Shown one piece after another: positions 43,901 to 55,194 of a DNA stretch of 64,000 bases. The DNA comes from the human T2T-CHM13v2.0 reference genome, Homo sapiens: assembly GCF_009914755.1 (NCBI RefSeq), contig NC_060942.1. One strand, 5' to 3'. Numbering within the stretch: position 1 is the first letter of the stretch; each line of letters begins with the position of its first letter. The notes under the pieces were generated by a model. The model saw only the letters and a program-made list of their open reading frames with translations, did no database searches and had not been told where the DNA came from. The position numbers and the translations under genes were made by a program.

Positions 43901-44875
43901 GAATTGAACCACCGTTTTGAAGGAGCAGTTTTGAAACTCTCTTTTTCTGGAATCTGCAAGTGGATATTTGGCTAGCTTTGGGGATTTCGCTGGAAGCGGG
44001 AATACATATAAAAAGCACACAGCAGCGTTCTGAGAAACTGCTTTCTGATGTTTGCATTCAAGTCAAAAGTTGAACACTCCCTTTCATAGAGCAGTCCTGA
44101 AACACCCCTTTTGTAGTATCTGGAACTGGACTTTTGGAGCGATTTCAGGGCTAAGGTGAAAAAGGAAATATCTTCCCATAAAAACTGGACAGAAGCATTC
44201 TCAGAAACTTGTTTATGCTGTATCTACTCAACTAACAAAGTTGAACCTTTCTTTTGATAGAGCAGTTTTGAAATGGTCTTTTTGTGGAATCTGCAAGTGG
44301 ATATTTGGCTAGTTTTGAGGATTTCGTTGGAAGCGGGAATTCATACAAATTGCAGACTGCAGCGTTCTGAGAAACATCTTTGTGATGTTTGTATTCAGGA
44401 CACAGAGTTGAACATTCCCTATCATAGAGCAGGTTGGAATCACTCCTTTTGTAGTATCTGGAAGTGGACATTTGGAGCGCTTTCAGGCCTATTTTGGAAA
44501 GGGAAATATCTTCCCGTAACAACTATGCAGAAGCATTCTCAGAAACTTGTTTGTGATGTGTGCCCTCTACTGACAGAGTTGAACCTTTCTTTTCATAGAG
44601 CAGTTTTGAAACACTCTTTTTGTAGAATCTGCAAGAGGATATTTGCATAGCTTTGAGGATTTCGTGGGAAACGGGATTGTCTTCAGGTAAAATCTAGACA
44701 GAAGCATTCTCAGAAACTTCTTTGGGATGTTTGCATTCAAGTCACAGAGTAGAACATTCCCTTTGGTAGAGCAGGTTTGAAACACTCTTTTTGTAGTATC
44801 TGGAAGTGGACATTTGGAGCGCTTTCAGGCCCATGTTGGAAAGGGAAATATCTTCCCGTAACAACTAGGCAGAAG

Positions 44876-45893
44876 CATTCTCAGAAACTTATTTGAGATG
44901 TGTGTACTCAACTAAGAGAATTGAACCACCGTTTTGAAGGAGCAGTTTTGAAACACTCTTTTTCTGGAATCTGCAAGAGGATATTTGCCTAGCCTTGAGG
45001 ATTTCGTTGGAAACGGGATTGTCTTCAGAGAAAATCTAGACAGAAGCATTCTCAGAAACTTCTTTGGGATGCTTGCATTCAAGTCACAGAGTAGAACATT
45101 CCCTTTGGTAGAGCAGGTTTGAAACACTCTTTTTGTAGTATCTGGAAGTGGACATTTGGAGCGCTTTCAGGCCTACGTTGGAAAAGGAAATATCTTCCCA
45201 TAACAACTAGACAGAAGCATTCTCAGAAACTCGTTTCTGATGTGTGTCCTCAACTAACACAGTTGAACATTTCTTTAGACAGAACAGTTTTGAAACACTC
45301 TTTTTGTGGAATCTGCAAGTGGCTATTTGGCTAGATTTGAGGATTTCGTTGGAAACGGGATTACATATAAAAAGCAGTCAGCAGCATTCTCAGAAAGTTC
45401 TTTGTGATGATTGCATTCAAGTCACAGAATTGAACATTCCCTTTCACAGAGCAGGTTTGAAACACTCTTTTTGTAGTGTGTGTAAGTGGACATTTGGAGC
45501 ACTTACCGGCCTAAGGTGAAAAAGGAAATATCTTCCCATAAAAACTAGACAGAAGCATTCTCAGAAACTTACTCGTGATGTGTGTCCTCAACTAAAGGAG
45601 TAGAACCTTTCTTTTCATAGAGAAGTTTTGAAACGCTCTTTTTGTGGAATCTGCAAGTGGATATTTGGCTAGTTTTGAGGATTTCGTTGGAAGCGGGAAT
45701 TCATACAAATTGCAGACTGCAGCGTTCTGAGAAACATCTTTGTGATGTTTGTATTCAGGACACAGAGTTGAACATTCCCTATCATAGAGCAGGTTTGAAT
45801 CACTCCTTTTGTAGTATCTGGAAGTGGACATTTGGAGCGCTTTCAGGCCTATGTTGGAAAAGGAAATATCTTCCCATAACAACTAGACAGAAG
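44876..45893 (+). repeat. 6-mer HOR structural variant 1 (m1-m6, 1018 bp), followed by a hybrid m7/m1 monomer
   Basis: Period drops to 1018 (ORF 44912 to 45930). The monomer at 45894 begins like m7 (AAACTCTC, T at 45973) and continues as m1 (GCAAGAGGATATTTGCCTAGCC from 45996). Confidence 0.95.
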
Positions 45894-48396
45894 CATTCTC
45901 AGAAACTTATTTGAGATGTGTGTACTCAACTAAGAGAATTGAACCACCGTTTTGAAGGAGCAGTTTTGAAACTCTCTTTTTCTGGAATCTGCAAGAGGAT
46001 ATTTGCCTAGCCTTGAGGATTTCGTTGGAAACGGGATTGTCTTCAGAGAAAATCTAGACAGAAGCATTCTCAGAAACTTCTTTGGGATGCTTGCATTCAA
46101 GTCACAGAGTAGAACATTCCCTTTGGTAGAGCAGGTTTGAAACACTCTTTTTTTAGTATCTGGAAGTGGACATTTGGAGCGCTTTCAGGCCTACGTTGGA
46201 AAAGGAAATATCTTCCCATAACAACTAGACAGAAGCATTCTCAGAAACTCGTTTCTGATGTGTGTCCTCAACTAACACAGTTGAACATTTCTTTAGACAG
46301 AACAGTTTTGAAACACTCTTTTTGTGGAATCTGCAAGTGGCTATTTGGCTAGATTTGAGGATTTCGTTGGAAACGGGATTACATATAAAAAGCAGTCAGC
46401 AGCATTCTCAGAAAGTTCTTTGTGATGATTGCATTCAAGTCACAGAATTGAACATTCCCTTTCACAGAGCAGGTTTGAAACACTCTTTTTGTAGTGTGTG
46501 TAAGTGGACATTTGGAGCACTTACCGGCCTAAGGTGAAAAAGGAAATATCTTCCCATAAAAACTAGACAGAAGCATTCTCAGAAACTTACTCGTGATGTG
46601 TGTCCTCAACTAAAGGAGTAGAACCTTTCTTTTCATAGAGAAGTTTTGAAACGCTCTTTTTGTGGAATCTGCAAGTGGATATTTGGCTAGTTTTGAGGAT
46701 TTCGTTGGAAGCGGGAATTCATACAAATTGCAGACTGCAGCGTTCTGAGAAACATCTTTGTGATGTTTGTATTCAGGACACAGAGTTGAACATTCCCTAT
46801 CATAGAGCAGGTTTGAATCACTCCTTTTGTAGTATCTGGAAGTGGACATTTGGAGCGCTTTCAGGCCTATGTTGGAAAAGGAAATATCTTCCCATAACAA
46901 CTAGACAGAAGCATTCTCAGAAACTTATTTGAGATGTGTGTACTCAACTAAGAGAATTGAACCACCGTTTTGAAGGAGCAGTTTTGAAACTCTCTTTTTC
47001 TGGAATCTGCAAGTGGATATTTGGCTAGCTTTGGGGATTTCGCTGGAAGCGGGAATACATATAAAAAGCACACAGCAGCGTTCTGAGAAACTGCTTTCTG
47101 ATGTTTGCATTCAAGTCAAAAGTTGAACACTCCCTTTCATAGAGCAGTCCTGAAACACCCCTTTTGTAGTATCTGGAACTGGACTTTTGGAGCGATTTCA
47201 GGGCTAAGGTGAAAAAGGAAATATCTTCCCATAAAAACTGGACAGAAGCATTCTCAGAAACTTGTTTATGCTGTATCTACTCAACTAACAAAGTTGAACC
47301 TTTCTTTTGATAGAGCAGTTTTGAAATGGTCTTTTTGTGGAATCTGCAAGTGGATATTTGGCTAGTTTTGAGGATTTCGTTGGAAGCGGGAATTCATACA
47401 AATTGCAGACTGCAGCGTTCTGAGAAACATCTTTGTGATGTTTGTATTCAGGACACAGAGTTGAACATTCCCTATCATAGAGCAGGTTGGAATCACTCCT
47501 TTTGTAGTATCTGGAAGTGGACATTTGGAGCGCTTTCAGGCCTATTTTGGAAAGGGAAATATCTTCCCGTAACAACTATGCAGAAGCATTCTCAGAAACT
47601 TGTTTGTGATGTGTGCCCTCTACTGACAGAGTTGAACCTTTCTTTTCATAGAGCAGTTTTGAAACACTCTTTTTGTAGAATCTGCAAGAGGATATTTGCA
47701 TAGCTTTGAGGATTTCGTGGGAAACGGGATTGTCTTCAGGTAAAATCTAGACAGAAGCATTCTCAGAAACTTCTTTGGGATGTTTGCATTCAAGTCACAG
47801 AGTAGAACATTCCCTTTGGTAGAGCAGGTTTGAAACACTCTTTTTGTAGTATCTGGAAGTGGACATTTGGAGCGCTTTCAGGCCCATGTTGGAAAGGGAA
47901 ATATCTTCCCGTAACAACTAGGCAGAAGCATTCTCAGAAACTTATTTGAGATGTGTGTACTCAACTAAGAGAATTGAACCACCGTTTTGAAGGAGCAGTT
48001 TTGAAACACTCTTTTTCTGGAATCTGCAAGAGTATATTTGCCTAGCCTTGAGGATTTCGTTGGAAACGGGATTGTCTTCAGAGAAAATCTAGACAGAAGC
48101 ATTCTCAGAAACTTCTTTGGGATGCTTGCATTCAAGTCACAGAGTAGAACATTCCCTTTGGTAGAGCAGGTTTGAAACACTCTTTTTGTAGTATCTGGAA
48201 GTGGACATTTGGAGCGCTTTCAGGCCTACGTTGGAAAAGGAAATATCTTCCCATAACAACTAGACAGAAGCATTCTCAGAAACTCGTTTCTGATGTGTGT
48301 CCTCAACTAACACAGTTGAACATTTCTTTAGACAGAACAGTTTTGAAACACTCTTTTTGTGGAATCTGCAAGTGGCTATTTGGCTAGATTTGAGGA

Positions 48397-48413
48397 TTTC
48401 ATTGGAAACGGGA
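48397..48413 (+). other. Disrupted CENP-B box (m3 copy), G>A at 48401
   Basis: TTTCATTGGAAACGGGA: core TTCG changed to TTCA. Confidence 0.9.
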
Positions 48414-51400
48414 TTACATATAAAAAGCAGTCAGCAGCATTCTCAGAAAGTTCTTTGTGATGATTGCATTCAAGTCACAGAATTGAACATTCCCTTTCAC
48501 AGAGCAGGTTTGAAACACTCTTTTTGTAGTGTGTGTAAGTGGACATTTGGAGCACTTACCGGCCTAAGGTGAAAAAGGAAATATCTTCCCATAAAAACTA
48601 GACAGAAGCATTCTCAGAAACTTACTCGTGATGTGTGTCCTCAACTAAAGGAGTAGAACCTTTCTTTTCATAGAGAAGTTTTGAAACGCTCTTTTTGTGG
48701 AATCTGCAAGTGGATATTTGGCTAGTTTTGAGGATTTCGTTGGAAGCGGGAATTCATACAAATTGCAGACTGCAGCGTTCTGAGAAACATCTTTGTGATG
48801 TTTGTATTCAGGACACAGAGTTGAACATTCCCTATCATAGAGCAGGTTTGAATCACTCCTTTTGTAGTATCTGGAAGTGGACATTTGGAGCGCTTTCAGG
48901 CCTATGTTGGAAAAGGAAATATCTTCCCATAACAACTAGACAGAAGCATTCTCAGAAACTTATTTGAGATGTGTGTACTCAACTAAGAGAATTGAACCAC
49001 CGTTTTGAAGGAGCAGTTTTGAAACTCTCTTTTTCTGGAATCTGCAAGTGGATATTTGGCTAGCTTTGGGGATTTCGCTGGAAGCGGGAATACATATAAA
49101 AAGCACACAGCAGCGTTCTGAGAAACTGCTTTCTGATGTTTGCATTCAAGTCAAAAGTTGAACACTCCCTTTCATAGAGCAGTCCTGAAACACCCCTTTT
49201 GTAGTATCTGGAACTGGACTTTTGGAGCGATTTCAGGGCTAAGGTGAAAAAGGAAATATCTTCCCATAAAAACTGGACAGAAGCATTCTCAGAAACTTGT
49301 TTATGCTGTATCTACTCAACTAACAAAGTTGAACCTTTCTTTTGATAGAGCAGTTTTGAAATGGTCTTTTTGTGGAATCTGCAAGTGGATATTTGGCTAG
49401 TTTTGAGGATTTCGTTGGAAGCGGGAATTCATACAAATTGCAGACTGCAGCGTTCTGAGAAACATCTTTGTGATGTTTGTATTCAGGACACAGAGTTGAA
49501 CATTCCCTATCATAGAGCAGGTTGGAATCACTCCTTTTGTAGTATCTGGAAGTGGACATTTGGAGCGCTTTCAGGCCTATTTTGGAAAGGGAAATATCTT
49601 CCCGTAACAACTATGCAGAAGCATTCTCAGAAACTTGTTTGTGATGTGTGCCCTCTACTGACAGAGTTGAACCTTTCTTTTCATAGAGCAGTTTTGAAAC
49701 ACTCTTTTTGTAGAATCTGCAAGAGGATATTTGCATAGCTTTGAGGATTTCGTGGGAAACGGGATTGTCTTCAGGTAAAATCTAGACAGAAGCATTCTCA
49801 GAAACTTCTTTGGGATGTTTGCATTCAAGTCACAGAGTAGAACATTCCCTTTGGTAGAGCAGGTTTGAAACACTCTTTTTGTAGTATCTGGAAGTGGACA
49901 TTTGGAGCGCTTTCAGGCCCATGTTGGAAAGGGAAATATCTTCCCGTAACAACTAGGCAGAAGCATTCTCAGAAACTTATTTGAGATGTGTGTACTCAAC
50001 TAAGAGAATTGAACCACCGTTTTGAAGGAGCAGTTTTGAAACACTCTTTTTCTGGAATCTGCAAGAGGATATTTGCCTAGCCTTGAGGATTTCGTTGGAA
50101 ACGGGATTGTCTTCAGAGAAAATCTAGACAGAAGCATTCTCAGAAACTTCTTTGGGATGCTTGCATTCAAGTCACAGAGTAGAACATTCCCTTTGGTAGA
50201 GCAGGTTTGAAACACTCTTTTTTTAGTATCTGGAAGTGGACATTTGGAGCGCTTTCAGGCCTACGTTGGAAAAGGAAATATCTTCCCATAACAACTAGAC
50301 AGAAGCATTCTCAGAAACTAGTTTCTGATGTGTGTCCTCAACTAACACAGTTGAACATTTCTTTAGACAGAACAGTTTTGAAACACTCTTTTTGTGGAAT
50401 CTGCAAGTGGCTATTTGGCTAGATTTGAGGATTTCGTTGGAAACGGGATTACATATAAAAAGCAGTCAGCAGCATTCTCAGAAAGTTCTTTGTGATGATT
50501 GCATTCAAGTCACAGAATTGAACATTCCCTTTCACAGAGCAGGTTTGAAACACTCTTTTTGTAGTGTGTGTAAGTGGACATTTGGAGCACTTACCGGCCT
50601 AAGGTGAAAAAGGAAATATCTTCCCATAAAAACTAGACAGAAGCATTCTCAGAAACTTACTCGTGATGTGTGTCCTCAACTAAAGGAGTAGAACCTTTCT
50701 TTTCATAGAGAAGTTTTGAAACGCTCTTTTTGTGGAATCTGCAAGTGGATATTTGGCTAGTTTTGAGGATTTCGTTGGAAGCGGGAATTCATACAAATTG
50801 CAGACTGCAGCGTTCTGAGAAACATCTTTGTGATGTTTGTATTCAGGACACAGAGTTGAACATTCCCTATCATAGAGCAGGTTTGAATCACTCCTTTTGT
50901 AGTATCTGGAAGTGGACATTTGGAGCGCTTTCAGGCCTATGTTGGAAAAGGAAATATCTTCCCATAACAACTAGACAGAAGCATTCTCAGAAACTTATTT
51001 GAGATGTGTGTACTCAACTAAGAGAATTGAACCACCGTTTTGAAGGAGCAGTTTTGAAACTCTCTTTTTCTGGAATCTGCAAGTGGATATTTGGCTAGCT
51101 TTGGGGATTTCGCTGGAAGCGGGAATACATATAAAAAGCACACAGCAGCGTTCTGAGAAACTGCTTTCTGATGTTTGCATTCAAGTCAAAAGTTGAACAC
51201 TCCCTTTCATAGAGCAGTCCTGAAACACCCCTTTTGTAGTATCTGGAACTGGACTTTTGGAGCGATTTCAGGGCTAAGGTGAAAAAGGAAATATCTTCCC
51301 ATAAAAACTGGACAGAAGCATTCTCAGAAACTTGGTTATGCTGTATCTACTCAACTAACAAAGTTGAACCTTTCTTTTGATAGAGCAGTTTTGAAATGGT

Positions 51401-54400
51401 CTTTTTGTGGAATCTGCAAGTGGATATTTGGCTAGTTTTGAGGATTTCGTTGGAAGCGGGAATTCATACAAATTGCAGACTGCAGCGTTCTGAGAAACAT
51501 CTTTGTGATGTTTGTATTCAGGACACAGAGTTGAACATTCCCTATCATAGAGCAGGTTGGAATCACTCCTTTTGTAGTATCTGGAAGTGGACATTTGGAG
51601 CGCTTTCAGGCCTATTTTGGAAAGGGAAATATCTTCCCGTAACAACTATGCAGAAGCATTCTCAGAAACTTGTTTGTGATGTGTGCCCTCTACTGACAGA
51701 GTTGAACCTTTCTTTTCATAGAGCAGTTTTGAAACACTCTTTTTGTAGAATCTGCAAGAGGATATTTGCATAGCTTTGAGGATTTCGTGGGAAACGGGAT
51801 TGTCTTCAGGTAAAATCTAGACAGAAGCATTCTCAGAAACTTCTTTGGGATGTTTGCATTCAAGTCACAGAGTAGAACATTCCCTTTGGTAGAGCAGGTT
51901 TGAAACACTCTTTTTGTAGTATCTGGAAGTGGACATTTGGAGCGCTTTCAGGCCCATGTTGGAAAGGGAAATATCTTCCCGTAACAACTAGGCAGAAGCA
52001 TTCTCAGAAACTTATTTGAGATGTGTGTACTCAACTAAGAGAATTGAACCACCGTTTTGAAGGAGCAGTTTTGAAACACTCTTTTTCTGGAATCTGCAAG
52101 AGGATATTTGCCTAGCCTTGAGGATTTCGTTGGAAACGGGATTGTCTTCAGAGAAAATCTAGACAGAAGCATTCTCAGAAACTTCTTTGGGATGTTTGCA
52201 TTCAAGTCACAGAGTAGAACATTCCCTTTGGTAGAGCAGGTTTGAAACACTCTTTTTGTAGTATCTGGAAGTGGACATTTGGAGCGCTTTCAGGCCTACG
52301 TTGGAAAAGGAAATATCTTCCCATAACAACTAGACAGAAGCATTCTCAGAAACTAGTTTCTGATGTGTGTCCTCAACTAACACAGTTGAACATTTCTTTA
52401 GACAGAACAGTTTTGAAACACTCTTTTTGTGGAATCTGCAAGTGGCTATTTGGCTAGATTTGAGGATTTCGTTGGAAACGGGATTACATATAAAAAGCAG
52501 TCAGCAGCATTCTCAGAAAGTTCTTTGTGATGATTGCATTCAAGTCACAGAATTGAACATTCCCTTTCACAGAGCAGGTTTGAAACACTCTTTTTGTAGT
52601 GTGTGTAAGTGGACATTTGGAGCACTTACCGGCCTAAGGTGAAAAAGGAAATATCTTCCCATAAAAACTAGACAGAAGCATTCTCAGAAACTTACTCGTG
52701 ATGTGTGTCCTCAACTAAAGGAGTAGAACCTTTCTTTTCATAGAGAAGTTTTGAAACGCTCTTTTTGTGGAATCTGCAAGTGGATATTTGGCTAGTTTTG
52801 AGGATTTCGTTGGAAGCGGGAATTCATACAAATTGCAGACTGCAGCGTTCTGAGAAACATCTTTGTGATGTTTGTATTCAGGACACAGAGTTGAACATTC
52901 CCTATCATAGAGCAGGTTTGAATCACTCCTTTTGTAGTATCTGGAAGTGGACATTTGGAGCGCTTTCAGGCCTATGTTGGAAAAGGAAATATCTTCCCAT
53001 AACAACTAGACAGAAGCATTCTCAGAAACTTATTTGAGATGTGTGTACTCAACTAAGAGAATTGAACCACCGTTTTGAAGGAGCAGTTTTGAAACTCTCT
53101 TTTTCTGGAATCTGCAAGTGGATATTTGGCTAGCTTTGGGGATTTCGCTGGAAGCGGGAATACATATAAAAAGCACACAGCAGCGTTCTGAGAAACTGCT
53201 TTCTGATGTTTGCATTCAAGTCAAAAGTTGAACACTCCCTTTCATAGAGCAGTCCTGAAACACCCCTTTTGTAGTATCTGGAACTGGACTTTTGGAGCGA
53301 TTTCAGGGCTAAGGTGAAAAAGGAAATATCTTCCCATAAAAACTGGACAGAAGCATTCTCAGAAACTTGGTTATGCTGTATCTACTCAACTAACAAAGTT
53401 GAACCTTTCTTTTGATAGAGCAGTTTTGAAATGGTCTTTTTGTGGAATCTGCAAGTGGATATTTGGCTAGTTTTGAGGATTTCGTTGGAAGCGGGAATTC
53501 ATACAAATTGCAGACTGCAGCGTTCTGAGAAACATCTTTGTGATGTTTGTATTCAGGACACAGAGTTGAACATTCCCTATCATAGAGCAGGTTGGAATCA
53601 CTCCTTTTGTAGTATCTGGAAGTGGACATTTGGAGCGCTTTCAGGCCTATTTTGGAAAGGGAAATATCTTCCCGTAACAACTATGCAGAAGCATTCTCAG
53701 AAACTTGTTTGTGATGTGTGCCCTCTACTGACAGAGTTGAACCTTTCTTTTCATAGAGCAGTTTTGAAACACTCTTTTTGTAGAATCTGCAAGAGGATAT
53801 TTGCATAGCTTTGAGGATTTCGTGGGAAACGGGATTGTCTTCAGGTAAAATCTAGACAGAAGCATTCTCAGAAACTTCTTTGGGATGTTTGCATTCAAGT
53901 CACAGAGTAGAACATTCCCTTTGGTAGAGCAGGTTTGAAACACTCTTTTTGTAGTATCTGGAAGTGGACATTTGGAGCGCTTTCAGGCCCATGTTGGAAA
54001 GGGAAATATCTTCCCGTAACAACTAGGCAGAAGCATTCTCAGAAACTTATTTGAGATGTGTGTACTCAACTAAGAGAATTGAACCACCGTTTTGAAGGAG
54101 CAGTTTTGAAACACTCTTTTTCTGGAATCTGCAAGAGGATATTTGCCTAGCCTTGAGGATTTCGTTGGAAACGGGATTGTCTTCAGAGAAAATCTAGACA
54201 GAAGCATTCTCAGAAACTTCTTTGGGATGTTTGCATTCAAGTCACAGAGTAGAACATTCCCTTTGGTAGAGCAGGTTTGAAACACTCTTTTTGTAGTATC
54301 TGGAAGTGGACATTTGGAGCGCTTTCAGGCCTACGTTGGAAAAGGAAATATCTTCCCATAACAACTAGACAGAAGCATTCTCAGAAACTAGTTTCTGATG

Positions 54401-55177
54401 TGTGTCCTCAACTAACACAGTTGAACATTTCTTTAGACAGAACAGTTTTGAAACACTCTTTTTGTGGAATCTGCAAGTGGCTATTTGGCTAGATTTGAGG
54501 ATTTCGTTGGAAACGGGATTACATATAAAAAGCAGTCAGCAGCATTCTCAGAAAGTTCTTTGTGATGATTGCATTCAAGTCACAGAATTGAACATTCCCT
54601 TTCACAGAGCAGGTTTGAAACACTCTTTTTGTAGTGTGTGTAAGTGGACATTTGGAGCACTTACCGGCCTAAGGTGAAAAAGGAAATATCTTCCCATAAA
54701 AACTAGACAGAAGCATTCTCAGAAACTTACTCGTGATGTGTGTCCTCAACTAAAGGAGTAGAACCTTTCTTTTCATAGAGAAGTTTTGAAACGCTCTTTT
54801 TGTGGAATCTGCAAGTGGATATTTGGCTAGTTTTGAGGATTTCGTTGGAAGCGGGAATTCATACAAATTGCAGACTGCAGCGTTCTGAGAAACATCTTTG
54901 TGATGTTTGTATTCAGGACACAGAGTTGAACATTCCCTATCATAGAGCAGGTTTGAATCACTCCTTTTGTAGTATCTGGAAGTGGACATTTGGAGCGCTT
55001 TCAGGCCTATGTTGGAAAAGGAAATATCTTCCCATAACAACTAGACAGAAGCATTCTCAGAAACTTATTTGAGATGTGTGTACTCAACTAAGAGAATTGA
55101 ACCACCGTTTTGAAGGAGCAGTTTTGAAACTCTCTTTTTCTGGAATCTGCAAGTGGATATTTGGCTAGCTTTGGGGA

Positions 55178-55194
55178 TTTCACTGGAAGCGGGA
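55178..55194 (+). other. Disrupted CENP-B box (m7 copy), G>A at 55182
   Basis: TTTCACTGGAAGCGGGA: core TTCG changed to TTCA. Confidence 0.9.

Larger units (their letters stand above)
106..44875 (+). repeat. Block of 22 consecutive canonical 12-mer HORs with no net indels
   Basis: Unit starts at 106 + 2035n hold through 44876, and every ORF in the track recurs at exactly +2035. Confidence 0.95.
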
